From Candidatus Hadarchaeota archaeon (GTDB taxonomy: Archaea; Hadarchaeota; Hadarchaeia; Hadarchaeales; JAGGTB01): a stretch of 64,000 bases of DNA. Shown in pieces: positions 12,305-22,671 of the stretch; within the stretch, counting starts at the first letter, position 1; the number at the start of each line of letters is the position of its first letter. The notes below the pieces were generated by a model. That model worked only from the letters and a program-made list of their open reading frames with translations. It ran no database searches and was not told the origin of the DNA. A program made the translations under genes and the position numbers. The stretch is from assembly GCA_964384105.1 (NCBI GenBank), contig CAYLJV010000006.1:1-64000 (forward strand). Direction: 5' to 3'.

Positions 12305-13489
12305 TCACTCGAAAATATTATTTTCAGTCAGACGATCCACTGCAATTGAAATATCTTTCAAAGAGGGTACGAGAGCAAATCTCAGGAAGTTGTCTCCGTT
12401 CTCAGATTTTTGTGCAACTGCACCACCGGGAGTTGCGTTTATCCCTTTGACTTCAAGTAAGTTTTTTACTGTATTCAAGGAGGTATTCCCTTTTGGAATT
12501 TTAGCCCATAGGTAAAAAGTCCCTTCTGCATACACTTTTGAAAAGCCAGTTTTTTCGAGAGCAGGTAGTAGTTTATCTTTCTTTTTCTGATATAGGGCTC
12601 TCATTTTTTCAACATGACTCTCATCCGATAGTGCTCCGATGGCTGCGTATTGAAGGATCTGTGACTGCCCTGAATGTAAGTTAGTCTGTACTTTTTTGAA
12701 AGGGTCCAAAAGCTCTTTTCTTCCAGCTACGAATCCAATTCTATAGTTTGTCATATTACTTCTTTTAGATAGAGAATGAAAGACTAGACCCACTTCACGT
12801 CCATCTCCAATATTGAATAGAGAAATGGGTTTTTTTCCATCGTCATAATACATTTCGGAATACGCCTCATCAGATACCAAAATGATATCGTTTTCTTTAC
12901 AGAAATCTACTGTTTTTTTAAGGAACCTCTTTGGTGCAATCTTCGTGGTCGGATTATTGGGGTAGTTTATCCACATAATCTTAGCTTTCTGAACTTCTTT
13001 TTCATCAAGCTCAGTTACCTTAGGTAAAAAATCGTTTTCCTCTTTCAAAGGCATGAGGATGGGCTTAGCTCCTCTCTGTTTAGCTCCGGTAGTATATGGG
13101 GGGTAACCCGGATCAGGAACTAATACGCAGTCACCTCTGTTGACGTAGGCCATTGGCAATGAAAAAACAGCCTGTTTGGAACCTAAAGTAGCTGTAATCT
13201 CTTTTTCTGGATTCAGTTTAACATTAAATCTCCTTTCAAACCACTCAGAGACGGCTTCTCTATAATTCATTTCTCCTTCATAACTGGGATATCCTCTCTC
13301 AGGGTGTATCACTGCTTCTTTTATCCCCTCGGAAACTGCAATTGCAGGAGTCGGTTCGGTAGGATCACCTACCCCAAAATCAATGACTTTTCCAGAGTAC
13401 TCTCTTTCAGCTTTCTTTTTAGCTTCCTCAACCTCAGCGAATGCATAGGGTTTGAGAGAGTTTAGGTACTTGCTTTTATCAATTTTCAT
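12305..13489 (-). CDS. dapL: LL-diaminopimelate aminotransferase (class I/II PLP)
   Basis: NYPNNPT, SDEAYSE, HSLSK..MTNYRIG; overlaps dapF. Confidence 0.82.
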   Translation of the reverse strand: MKIDKSKYLNSLKPYAFAEVEEAKKKAEREYSGKVIDFGVGDPTEPTPAIAVSEGIKEAVIHPERGYPSYEGEMNYREAVSEWFERRFNVKLNPEKEITATLGSKQAVFSLPMAYVNRGDCVLVPDPGYPPYTTGAKQRGAKPILMPLKEENDFLPKVTELDEKEVQKAKIMWINYPNNPTTKIAPKRFLKKTVDFCKENDIILVSDEAYSEMYYDDGKKPISLFNIGDGREVGLVFHSLSKRSNMTNYRIGFVAGRKELLDPFKKVQTNLHSGQSQILQYAAIGALSDESHVEKMRALYQKKKDKLLPALEKTGFSKVYAEGTFYLWAKIPKGNTSLNTVKNLLEVKGINATPGGAVAQKSENGDNFLRFALVPSLKDISIAVDRLTENNIFE

Positions 13490-13607
13490 ATGGATCACTT
13501 CCCGACTACTCTCATTGAGTAACAGAGTTTTTAATAATTTTATAGTTGGTCTTAGCTTGAGTTTTTAATTGAAAAATTAAAAAATTATAAAGGATTAATA
13601 ATCCCCA

Positions 13608-13691
13608 GAAGGCGGCTCCTGCGGGCTAGAGAAGAATGATTTGTTGGCGGGCAATACGGATGTTCTAGCATTACTAGTCGCCTTCACATTA
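13608..13691 (+). ncRNA. candidate box H/ACA guide RNA
   Basis: 10-bp basal stem GAAGGCGGCU/AGUCGCCUUC followed directly by ACA (13686-88); internal pocket; upper stem GCUAGAG/UUCUAGC; tandem GA pairs (K-turn-like); TTATAAA at 13585-91. Confidence 0.7.
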
Positions 13692-13694
13692 AAA

Positions 13695-14432
13695 TTAGGA
13701 AGGTTTTAATACTTCTTCAAAAATCATTTCAAATTCTTTTGGATGTTTCAGAAAATCTAGATACTGTGGCTGTTCTATTAAACTATACATATCCTTTTCG
13801 CTTTCTATTCCAAATTCTGGTAAATTTGTAGGTTCCACTCTCCTCATTTTGGGAAGTTTTCCATATTTTTCATTTTCAATGAATTCTCCACTAGTTAGTT
13901 CAAAGTAAGCAGCTCCCCCGTACTTGACAATATCCTTGTAAATTGAATCAAACGTTCTATTCACCCAATTGGCCATCTTCAATGTATTTTCTGTTGGGTT
14001 TATTGTGATGTGTCCATAATTAGGGGGTATTAGAACTTTTTCACCAGACTCAGCTTCTATTAACACTACATCTTCGATTTTATTCGAAGATGATTTTCTC
14101 TGAAGTAAATAATGAGCTTTCCCCTCTAAAACTTCATAGATTTCTGGGAAGCTTAATTCATTTGCGGCTTTTGGGTGATAATGTCCTTTTGTTTTAACGA
14201 ATTCTTTGCCCATTTTTAAAGGGGGAACAACTGTAATATCGTATCGCAGGCTTCTCGAGCGAATCTTTTTTTTGTCGTCTTTCTTCCAAAGGTCCCGATA
14301 CATGTAATAAAGTTCCTCATTTTCGTTGTTCTCCAACCATTCCTTATCGAGAATCACTTCCCCCATATCTTTCGCATATCTTATATCTGGCTCTCTTATT
14401 ATCTCTCCAAATTTGAGGTTTTTTTTGCTAAT
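13695..14432 (-). CDS. pgi: cupin-type (archaeal) glucose-6-phosphate isomerase
   Basis: LRYDIT, KTKGHYH, PEIYEVLEG, PPNYGH; start placed at ATT 14432 behind AGGTGA (first ATG is 14366). Confidence 0.9.
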   Translation of the reverse strand: MSKKNLKFGEIIREPDIRYAKDMGEVILDKEWLENNENEELYYMYRDLWKKDDKKKIRSRSLRYDITVVPPLKMGKEFVKTKGHYHPKAANELSFPEIYEVLEGKAHYLLQRKSSSNKIEDVVLIEAESGEKVLIPPNYGHITINPTENTLKMANWVNRTFDSIYKDIVKYGGAAYFELTSGEFIENEKYGKLPKMRRVEPTNLPEFGIESEKDMYSLIEQPQYLDFLKHPKEFEMIFEEVLKPS

Positions 14433-14486
14433 TTTTTATCACCTAAGCTTCCTAAACAATACTTTTACTAATTGAAATTTTTTAAA

Positions 14487-14900
14487 CTACTCCACTATTT
14501 CGTATTCGTAAGTCACTTCTGCTGATTGTTTTAGAATAGCGGATACAGAACAGTATTTGTTCTGAGATTTCTCTATTGCTTTTTTAAATTTGTTTTCTTC
14601 TACTTCTTTTCCTTTTATTTTGTATTTTATGTGAATACTTTCGAAGATTTTTGGATGTTCTTCCTTTCTGGTAGCAGAAATCTCTATATCTAACTCTTCA
14701 TAATTTACCCTCATTTTCTTTAGTATACTAATAACATCCATGCCCGTGCATCCCCCAAGAGCGATCAGAACTAACTCCATAGGTTTAGTAGCTGCTTCTT
14801 TTCCACCAAAGTCTGCAGGACCATCTAGGGGTACCCAGTGATTTGAATCACCTTTTCCAATCATGCTTAAACCTTCGACCTTCTTGACTTTCACTTTTAT
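14487..14900 (-). CDS. OsmC family protein
   Basis: PMELVLIALGGCTGMDV and KYCSVS; start ATA 14900 or GTG 14894. Confidence 0.9.
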   Translation of the reverse strand: MKVKVKKVEGLSMIGKGDSNHWVPLDGPADFGGKEAATKPMELVLIALGGCTGMDVISILKKMRVNYEELDIEISATRKEEHPKIFESIHIKYKIKGKEVEENKFKKAIEKSQNKYCSVSAILKQSAEVTYEYEIVE

Positions 14901-15033
14901 TGTACCACCTCCCCAGACTATCTTTTTGAAACTTATCTTATATCATTGGACAAAAATTTTTTGACCTGTAAATTTCCTAATCAACAAAGAAAAATTTCAA
15001 AAATATTAGCTTATAATTATCTAAAGGATTACT

Positions 15034-15639
15034 ATGGACAATGAAAAGATAAAGGCCGTACTATTTGATCTTGACGGAGTTCTTATAGATTCATTAGACT
15101 CATGGCATTCCTTGTACAATGATACGCTTACTCACTTTGGAAAAGAAAAAATGAGTATGAATGAATTTAAAAAGGCTTGTATGGGGGCTAGCCTAGAAGA
15201 AAATATGGAAAAACTCGGTATGGGTATGGAAGGTGCTACATATATTAGATCAAACGCTGTCAACTACGTTAACGAAATAAAAATTTTCCCAGAAACGCTC
15301 GATGTTATTGAATCGATAAAGAAAAAACAGGGAATAGTCACTAACTCACCACCTAACCGAACCAAAAAAATTTTGGATAAGTTTGACCTATGGGATTATT
15401 TTGAAGTTGTAGTGGATGCGGGAGATGTAGAAAATTTAAAGCCCGCTCCGGATTTAGTTCTCGAAGCTTGCAAAAGATTAGGAATTAAACCCAAAGAAGC
15501 CGTATTTGTGGGGGATAATCATGTGGATATCGAAGCTGGTAGAGCGGCAGGAAGCAAAGCCATTGGTGTAAAGATTGAGGGAGATATACAGATTAACAGT
15601 CTGATTGATTTACCTAAGATTATAGAAGACTGTGATTGA
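15034..15639 (+). CDS. HAD-superfamily hydrolase (phosphoglycolate phosphatase-like)
   Basis: FDLDGVL, VTN, KPAPD, VGDNHVD. Confidence 0.92.
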   Translation: MDNEKIKAVLFDLDGVLIDSLDSWHSLYNDTLTHFGKEKMSMNEFKKACMGASLEENMEKLGMGMEGATYIRSNAVNYVNEIKIFPETLDVIESIKKKQGIVTNSPPNRTKKILDKFDLWDYFEVVVDAGDVENLKPAPDLVLEACKRLGIKPKEAVFVGDNHVDIEAGRAAGSKAIGVKIEGDIQINSLIDLPKIIEDCD

Positions 15640-15640
15640 G

Positions 15641-16204
15641 ATGGAGAAAGGTGAAAAAAAAGTAATTGCGGTAACTGGAACCCCCGGAACTGGCAAAACA
15701 ACCTTTTCTAAAGTGTTTTCGGATGGTTTAGATTACAGATTAATAGATCTCAACGAGCTTATTGAGAGGGATGGAATTTATGAGCTAGATTCTGATGGGA
15801 CGAAAGTAGTTAATTCTCAAGACTTACAAAACTCCTTCAAAAAACATATGTCCGGAAAATCTGGCAATTTCGTGGTAGATGGACTCCTTTCCCACTTACT
15901 TCTGCCCGCTCAACTAGAGAAACTCGTAGTACTAAGAACTAAACCAAGCGTTCTGAAGAAAAGATTAGAGAGTAGAAACTATCACGAGGAAAAGATAAGA
16001 GAAAACATGGAAGCCGAAGCATTAGGGGTAATACTTCAGGAAGCGGTTGCTAATCATGGGACCGAAAATGTATATGAAATAGATACTACGCAAAACTCCC
16101 CATCTGAAACAGTTAACTTATTCAAAAAGGCATTAGCAGGTGGTAGATCGCTAAAGCCTGGATCGATTGACTGGTTGGAGGAATTTTACTTCGGATCAGG
16201 CTAG
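15641..16204 (+). CDS. adenylate kinase AK6/Fap7 family
   Basis: TGTPGTGKTT, RLESRNY..KIRENMEAE, YEIDTT, IDW. Confidence 0.9.
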   Translation: MEKGEKKVIAVTGTPGTGKTTFSKVFSDGLDYRLIDLNELIERDGIYELDSDGTKVVNSQDLQNSFKKHMSGKSGNFVVDGLLSHLLLPAQLEKLVVLRTKPSVLKKRLESRNYHEEKIRENMEAEALGVILQEAVANHGTENVYEIDTTQNSPSETVNLFKKALAGGRSLKPGSIDWLEEFYFGSG

Positions 16205-16366
16205 AACTCCTGCATGAAGAAGAATTTCAAATATTATAAATGCTATACAAACGCCTACAATCGCTTTTGGGCTTACTTTGGGTCCATGTGTTTCTGAGTC
16301 AAAGTATCTGATTAGGCCAGCACCAGTCGCTGGCATACTACCTTCATCTCGACCTCTACTAGCCAT
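16196..16366 (-). CDS. secG: protein translocase subunit Sec61-beta (56 aa, below the ORF-track cutoff)
   Basis: hand translation MASRGRDEGSMPATGAGLIRYFDSETHGPKVSPKAIVGVCIAFIIFEILLHAGVLA; GAGLIRYF plus a C-terminal TM helix. Confidence 0.93.
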   Translation of the reverse strand: MASRGRDEGSMPATGAGLIRYFDSETHGPKVSPKAIVGVCIAFIIFEILLHAGVLA

Positions 16367-16477
16367 TTTTCCCACAATATTATTTCAACTATTTCAACTA
16401 ATTAAAGATTTTCTCTGATCTGTAGAATTTCGATTCTAGAAATTAATAACGTATTGTTTCTATCGACTTTTTGCTTA

Positions 16478-16508
16478 AATTAGCCTGCTTAATTGTTGAA
16501 AAATAGTA
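16478..16508. repeat. dispersed intergenic repeat, copy 1
   Basis: AATTAGCCTGCTTAATTGTTGAAAAATAGTA; near-identical to 25547-25576. Confidence 0.7.
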
Positions 16509-16545
16509 CCGAGCAACAGAAGTATTTTCACGATATAGGAAATGT

Positions 16546-17088
16546 CTATTGAGAGTTAAAATTTACTTTTAATCCCCCGTCCTCCCTTAATCTAAAATGA
16601 TAAATACCGCAATATATAGAAACGAATTTTCTATTTTTGATGTTGCCGACTTCTATGTTATTAATAGATTCGTATTTTATTTTGAGACTATTTGGAATAA
16701 ATTCTTTTTTGTGATAATTCTGTTCTTTTGGGAAAATATTGAACACATCGCTGAGTGTTCTGGGTTCTTTTTTACTCTCTCTAAAAACTTCCAAGACGTC
16801 TTTTTCATTAATTTTTCTTTCTTCTGTTTGTACGTTTCTATTTTTGTCAAGAAGACTAATCCAGAGAGTTCCATTACTCCGAGAGATTAAATAGGAAATA
16901 TCACTATTACTTTCAATAATTTTTTCTGAATCCTCTTTCTTTAAATCATCCAGGAATTTCTTTTCTTCACTATCCTCAATTTTCATATTATGGAACGTAA
17001 TCGACTTGTTTTCCATGTTAAAAGAATAAGTCCAAGAAACTTCTTTTAACTTGTTCTCTAATTCTCTTTCAAGATTTACTTTTTTCAT
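16546..17088 (-). CDS. hypothetical protein
   Basis: about 180-aa K/E-rich ORF with no recognisable motif. Confidence 0.6.
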   Translation of the reverse strand: MKKVNLERELENKLKEVSWTYSFNMENKSITFHNMKIEDSEEKKFLDDLKKEDSEKIIESNSDISYLISRSNGTLWISLLDKNRNVQTEERKINEKDVLEVFRESKKEPRTLSDVFNIFPKEQNYHKKEFIPNSLKIKYESINNIEVGNIKNRKFVSIYCGIYHFRLREDGGLKVNFNSQ

Positions 17089-17150
17089 CTCTATCAACTA
17101 GTTGCTATAAATTTCTTGCAGAGTCGTTCGTGTTTCATTTCATAATATTT

Positions 17151-17678
17151 TTATCGATCAAAATAAGGATTCTTGTGTTCTCCCGATATGGGTATACCCA
17201 TTATAACAGTGGCATCTAAGACCCCCAAGTTTCTAGCAGCTACACCAATACGATACATTATTCGAGAGTCCACATTATGGATTGATGCAGTTTTCACCGC
17301 TGAGCCAAGCGCAACGCCAAGATCCAATAGTTTAAAAACACAGTTTGGCCCTAAGAATTCTTTTTCTAGTTTTTCTACTTTATTGAATTCATCACAGGAT
17401 TCAAATCCGCATGCTCCACAGTTTAATCCTAATCCTGTATGTTCTTTCGATCCAACTATTAGGAGAGCTGAGCTGCCCAAAACATTATTTCCGTCTCTTA
17501 CAAATTTTTCATCTTTTCTTTCTTTTCCAATTCTAATCATTTCTTTGCCAAGTTCTTCAAGATCAGATCCAACAAGTACTTTCAAAATTAGTGAATCCAT
17601 TCCTGCCGATTTCGGCGCAGTAATCGCAGAAATTTCCATATATTCGGCTACTCTTTCCAAAATATGCTCTTTATCCAT
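17151..17678 (-). CDS. DUF2148 ferredoxin-domain protein
   Basis: SAITAPK..G.D, NCGACGFESC, GPNC, DLGVALGSA, VDSRIMY, KNPYFDR. Confidence 0.88.
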   Translation of the reverse strand: MDKEHILERVAEYMEISAITAPKSAGMDSLILKVLVGSDLEELGKEMIRIGKERKDEKFVRDGNNVLGSSALLIVGSKEHTGLGLNCGACGFESCDEFNKVEKLEKEFLGPNCVFKLLDLGVALGSAVKTASIHNVDSRIMYRIGVAARNLGVLDATVIMGIPISGEHKNPYFDR

Positions 17679-17728
17679 TGTGATGCCTCGATTATCCTTC
17701 GACTTAAGAATATATAACGTTTAGATCT

Positions 17729-17953
17729 CTATAGTGCCTTTAAACCCGTTTTTTCTAAAGTATATGTGGTTTGACTAGGTTCAGAAGTGTCTGAAGTAGC
17801 TGTTCCATAGCAGGGTAATTTCTGTATATTCTCCTCTAATGTAATTTCTATATTTTCTCGTTTTTTGCGTTCTTTTCTAAAATGGTGGGCACACCACCAT
17901 TCATTCCTATATAGGAAAGTTGCATCCTTCCCACAATTACAACATTTTGCCAA
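17729..17953 (-). CDS. small hypothetical protein with Cys/His zinc-finger-like N-terminus
   Basis: CCNCGKDA...WCAHH; GAGGAG upstream of the TTG. Confidence 0.5.
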   Translation of the reverse strand: MAKCCNCGKDATFLYRNEWWCAHHFRKERKKRENIEITLEENIQKLPCYGTATSDTSEPSQTTYTLEKTGLKAL

Positions 17954-18413
17954 AATATCTCCTCGGTCCAGCCTGATTATAGACTTAGATTAGGGATTAA
18001 AGTGTTTTTCGTAGACTAATTGTCAACATATTGATGACTAGGGGTCCACAAGAGTTTATAGACTTCTATTACCCTTTTTTTGCGCTTTTTTAGAGTAGAT
18101 GAAATTCGAAAAATAGATATACTTTTTTAATTTTAATCTGCTAAGCTATTGAACAACATAATTATTGATTATCTAGCTCCAGACAGCAATTAATCCCTCT
18201 AATAATCTCTTAAAGAAAAACAAACTAATCACTTCATACTCCGGTTCCTCTTGTTGTTTCTGAGACTCTAGAGTTCGCAATTTATTTATAGAAAATTCAG
18301 TTTTTAATGAGCGTGATAGGTATTAGTAGGTAAAGTCCTAGAAGATATGAGACCGTCAGTGAAGCTCTAATTTTATCAATTTATTAATAGTTTATTCAGG
18401 AAAAGTTGAAATA

Positions 18414-18944
18414 ATGAGCATAAATCTCTTTGTCTATCTCTCAAGAGAGTGTGATCCAAAAAAGTGTACTGGTCTGAAACTAGTTCAGTTTGACAAAGTA
18501 AACGGTGTTTATTCCCTTGGAAATATACCAAAAAAATCTCTTTTTCTAAATCCTATTGAAAAGAAGGCTCTTTCTCCAGAAGATTCAGAATTAGCATTAA
18601 AAAGAGGGATAACCGGATTTGATTGCTCTTGGAAAAGGATTGCCGAAATCGAATCCTTGACGGGAAAATTGGAGCAACGAAGTTTACCTTACTTAGTGGC
18701 TGCAAATCCAACTAATTTTGGAATCCCAACTAAATTGAGTACAGTAGAAGCTCTTTCGGCAGCATTGTATATATTAGGTGAAAAAGAACAGGCAAGAGAG
18801 CTATTGAATGGCTTTAAATGGGGTCATACCTTTCTCGAAATGAATATGGAGCCGTTGGAAGAGTATTCAAATGCAGAAAATAGTCATGAAATCGTTGAAT
18901 TACAAAAAGAGTTTATGCCATCCCATCTTGAATCTAATAAGTAA
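18414..18944 (+). CDS. tsr3: 16S rRNA aminocarboxypropyltransferase
   Basis: ECDPKKCTG.KL, DCSW, LPYLVAANPTNFG, LSTVEAL, FKWGHTF. Confidence 0.95.
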   Translation: MSINLFVYLSRECDPKKCTGLKLVQFDKVNGVYSLGNIPKKSLFLNPIEKKALSPEDSELALKRGITGFDCSWKRIAEIESLTGKLEQRSLPYLVAANPTNFGIPTKLSTVEALSAALYILGEKEQARELLNGFKWGHTFLEMNMEPLEEYSNAENSHEIVELQKEFMPSHLESNK

Positions 18945-18953
18945 GTGGGTATT

Positions 18954-20087
18954 ATGGGCGAAGAGATTATAGAAAATTCCATTATTCTAAAAGGAGAAGA
19001 CTTGGAACTTGTTGAAGGTTATCTTCGGATAGAAAACGGAGTTATCAAAGAGATTGAAGAAGGTGACCCAGTCAAATCTGGAACGAATCTAAACAAATCG
19101 ATTATAATCCCCCCTTTTTTCAACGCTCACACCCATATCGGGGACTCGGTAGTAAAGGAGATTTATGGAAGTAAATCACAACCAGAGGTCGTGGGTGAGT
19201 GCGGAAAAAAGTTTGAAATCCTAGAGTCTGCCTCAAAAAAGAAAATAGTGAATAGTATAAAAGAGAGTCTCTTAGAAATGAGGGAATCTGGAACTTTCGC
19301 ATTCTGTGATTTTCGAGAAGAAGGAATTAACGGAGTTAACTTAATAAAGGAAGCGCAAAACGAAATCCCTAAATCTATCATTTTGTCTAGACCTACCATA
19401 GAAGAAGAAATAGAGGAATTGTTGATTGAGACGGATGGAATCGGAATTTCTTCCTTGGATTGTTACTCTTCAAGATTGATTGAAAAAATATCTAAAGGTG
19501 TTATGAAAAAAAACAAACACATTTCATTACATGTTTCAGAGACCGAGAAAGCTCACAAAAAATCAATTGAAGAAACAGGAAAGACGGAAATAGAGCGGGC
19601 TTTAAATCTTAATCCTTCTTTTCTAGTCCATGGTACTTGGGCCTCTGAAAAAGATTTGGAATTATTAAGAGATGATAACGTTCCCCTAGTCATGTGTCCT
19701 CGTTCAAACAGTTTATTAAGTTGCGGAATCCCCCCTATCAAAAAAGCGATGGATAAAGAAGTTGAATTATGGTTAGGTACGGATAATGTTTCTGTTTGTT
19801 CACCCATCATACTTGATGAGCTATCTTTTGCCTGGTCAATATTGAGATTGCAGTCAGAAGATGCAGGAGAAAAAGAGGCCAAAGAGTTACTAAAAGCTGC
19901 AACTATAAATCCTACCAAAAAAATGAAAGCTAGTTTTGGTTCCATAGAATGCGGCAGTAAAGCCGCTTTTGTAGTTTTAGAAAGAAAAAGAAATCTGACT
20001 AATTGTGAGAATTTGTACATGGGAATAGTAAATAGAGCAAGAGTTGACAATATCAAGTCCATTTACTATCCGAGAGAAAATGTTTAG
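18954..20087 (+). CDS. amidohydrolase family metal-dependent deaminase
   Basis: NAHTHIGD, HVSE, VHG, CPRSN, LGTDN. Confidence 0.88.
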   Translation: MGEEIIENSIILKGEDLELVEGYLRIENGVIKEIEEGDPVKSGTNLNKSIIIPPFFNAHTHIGDSVVKEIYGSKSQPEVVGECGKKFEILESASKKKIVNSIKESLLEMRESGTFAFCDFREEGINGVNLIKEAQNEIPKSIILSRPTIEEEIEELLIETDGIGISSLDCYSSRLIEKISKGVMKKNKHISLHVSETEKAHKKSIEETGKTEIERALNLNPSFLVHGTWASEKDLELLRDDNVPLVMCPRSNSLLSCGIPPIKKAMDKEVELWLGTDNVSVCSPIILDELSFAWSILRLQSEDAGEKEAKELLKAATINPTKKMKASFGSIECGSKAAFVVLERKRNLTNCENLYMGIVNRARVDNIKSIYYPRENV

Positions 20088-20163
20088 GAAAATATTTAGG
20101 AAATTATTTAAATCTGGTTAATGAGAAGAAAGCCGGTGGATAAGTTCCATAGGAGTATACTAA

Positions 20164-20997
20164 ATGAAAATTAAAGACGTTATGACTAAAGATGTTAAAT
20201 CAATCAATGTACCAGGAAGTAGAGATGACGCAATCGACCTCATGAAGAAATTAGAAGTTAGCGCCCTCCCCGTTCTCAATAAAAAAACGAGCGAATTAGT
20301 TGGTATGGTTGGACTAAGAGATCTTTTTGAGGATCCTGATGAAACGCAGCTTGGTATGCTCGTAAGACGTGATGTAACCACCATTTCTCCAGACCAGATG
20401 TTAGAGGAGGGAACCAGATTGATTTTGAATAAAGGTGTTAGGAGATTACCCGTAGTGAAAGATGGTAAACTCGTAGGAATAATCACAGTTGGAGATATAC
20501 TTTCGCGAGTTATCGCCGAGAAGGATGTGGAAACACCAGCTAAAGAATGTATGCAAGATTCTGTAACTACTATCTGGGAATCTACACCACTCAATGTCGC
20601 ACTAGAAATTCTTAATCTCTCTGGTGAGCGAGCGCTTCCTGTACTTGACAAAAATGGGGAATTTGTGGGAATGATCGGAGACGAGGACATAATTGGAGTA
20701 AGCGAAATCCAAACTGAAGAGAAAAAAGAATTGATGAGAGGTCGAAGCGAAACGGAGAAGTGGACTTGGGACAGTGAAGATATGGTTTATATCACGAAAC
20801 AAAGTCTTAAACCACCCAACAAGCCGGTTAAAGAAGTGATGTCTAAGGAACTAATAACCGTAACCAAGCGGACTCCCGTAAGCAAATGTGCTGAATTGAT
20901 GAGAACCCACGGGTTGAATCAGTTGCCAGTCATATCCGGGAAAGATCTGATAGGTATGATAAGCGATCAAGACATTCTAAAAGTTCTAATCAAATAA
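20164..20997 (+). CDS. four-CBS-domain protein
   Basis: repeated VMT../LPV../G.I...D CBS motifs. Confidence 0.92.
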   Translation: MKIKDVMTKDVKSINVPGSRDDAIDLMKKLEVSALPVLNKKTSELVGMVGLRDLFEDPDETQLGMLVRRDVTTISPDQMLEEGTRLILNKGVRRLPVVKDGKLVGIITVGDILSRVIAEKDVETPAKECMQDSVTTIWESTPLNVALEILNLSGERALPVLDKNGEFVGMIGDEDIIGVSEIQTEEKKELMRGRSETEKWTWDSEDMVYITKQSLKPPNKPVKEVMSKELITVTKRTPVSKCAELMRTHGLNQLPVISGKDLIGMISDQDILKVLIK

Positions 20998-21026
20998 TTA
21001 ATTTCTGAAGAATAGTGGTAGATCTA

Positions 21027-22553
21027 ATGTCCAAAAGTAAATACGAAAATGTTATGGAGATAGCAAGGAGGAGGGGTTTCATTTGGCCATCTTTTGAACC
21101 TTATGGTGGTTTGGCAGGTTTCTATGATCTTGGTCCACTAGGTTCTCTACTCAAAGAGAGAATTGTAGAAAGGTGGAGGCAACATTATGTTGTAAAGGAA
21201 GGATGCTTAGAGATTGATTCTCCGACAATCTTCCCAGAAGAAGTACTAAAAGCCAGTGGTCATGTGGATCATTTCACCGATGTTATGATAGAATGTACTT
21301 CATGTAGTTCGGTTTATGAGGTGACCGATTTAGTCAAGGAATTTACGGGGCAGGACATCGAGGGTAAAAGCAATGATGAAATGAAAGAGTTCATTGATAC
21401 TCACAATATTCGTTGCCCCGAATGTGGTGGTTCCTTCGGCAAGATTTATGATTTCAATACAATGTTCAAGACAGTGATTGGTCCAAAAGGGGACAGAAAT
21501 GGTTATTTAAGACCTGAAACTGCCCAATCGATTTTCGTTGACTTTAATAGGTTACAAAGGGTTGCTAGACGGCAGCTACCTTTTGGAGTAGCTCAAACTG
21601 GAAAGGGATACAGAAACGAAATTTCACCTAGAAAAGGTATCATCAGACTTCGGGAATTTACAATGGCTGAGGCGGAAATTTTCTTTGATCCGGATAACCC
21701 TACACATCCGAACTTCGAAAGAGTCAAAGACGATAATTTACGACTTTGGTTAGCTGAAGATCAAAAAAAGGACAATGAATCCCTTACCGAAGTAAGTACT
21801 GGGGAAGCCGTAAAAAAAGACCTTATAATTAATGAACTCACGGCATATCATATGGCTTTTGCGAAACGATTTATTTTGGATCTTGGAATACCCGAGGAAA
21901 AAATTCGACTTAGAGAACAGGTTCCTGGAGAACGAGCACACTATTCGAAGGAAACATGGGATTTGGAGGTCTACAGCGAAAAATTTGGTTGGATAGAAGT
22001 AGCAGGCATAGCATATCGAACAGATTATGATCTCTCACGACATTCAAAGTTTTCTGACACCGACATGAGTGTTTTTTATCAAGGAAAAGGAGAAGAAGGA
22101 AAACGGGTTTTACCACACGTGGTTGAACCTTCTTTCGGAATAGACCGACCACTTTACTGTGTACTGGAGCATTCTTTTGTTGGTGAAGGAGATAAGGGAA
22201 AATTCAAATTGGACAAGAAACTTGCACCCATAGAAGCTAGTGTATTTCCTTTAATTTCCGATGATGGACTTCCAAAGAAAGCTACTGAAGTCCTCATTAG
22301 GCTCCGAGAAAAAGAGGTCTTTGCAGAATACGATGATTCTGGAAGCATAGGGAGAAGATATGCAAGAGCCGATGAAGTTGGAGTCCCCTACTGCATAACT
22401 GTAGATCACCAAACTATGGAAGACTCTACAGTTACTATAAGAGACAGAGATACTACTGATCAGATAAGAATAAAAATAGACGAATTGGTAGAGGTCTTAA
22501 GGAAGCTTCTAAGAGACGAAATTGAGTTCGAAAAAGCCGGCGAACCTTTCTAA
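21027..22553 (+). CDS. glyS: glycine--tRNA ligase (alpha2 type)
   Basis: RRGF, LRPETAQ, RNEISPR, LREFTMAE, VVEPSFGIDR, SIGRRYAR.DE. Confidence 0.97.
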   Translation: MSKSKYENVMEIARRRGFIWPSFEPYGGLAGFYDLGPLGSLLKERIVERWRQHYVVKEGCLEIDSPTIFPEEVLKASGHVDHFTDVMIECTSCSSVYEVTDLVKEFTGQDIEGKSNDEMKEFIDTHNIRCPECGGSFGKIYDFNTMFKTVIGPKGDRNGYLRPETAQSIFVDFNRLQRVARRQLPFGVAQTGKGYRNEISPRKGIIRLREFTMAEAEIFFDPDNPTHPNFERVKDDNLRLWLAEDQKKDNESLTEVSTGEAVKKDLIINELTAYHMAFAKRFILDLGIPEEKIRLREQVPGERAHYSKETWDLEVYSEKFGWIEVAGIAYRTDYDLSRHSKFSDTDMSVFYQGKGEEGKRVLPHVVEPSFGIDRPLYCVLEHSFVGEGDKGKFKLDKKLAPIEASVFPLISDDGLPKKATEVLIRLREKEVFAEYDDSGSIGRRYARADEVGVPYCITVDHQTMEDSTVTIRDRDTTDQIRIKIDELVEVLRKLLRDEIEFEKAGEPF

Positions 22554-22671
22554 TAAATTTTTTTACATTCCTAATTTCGATTAATAGACGGAACTCCCCC
22601 TAAAAAATTAAAAACCAGTAATTTTATTCAGTAGATTTGAGGATATAAATCAACAGATGGAGGTGAGAAAT

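Noticed and set aside
17960-18410. 450-bp AT-rich gap with TAGACT recurrences
   Set aside because: No consistent period, fold or reading frame that I could support.
20083-20112. TTTAGGAAA(A/T)TA tandem repeat after the amidohydrolase
   Set aside because: Two imperfect AT-rich copies, consistent with local slippage or promoter sequence.
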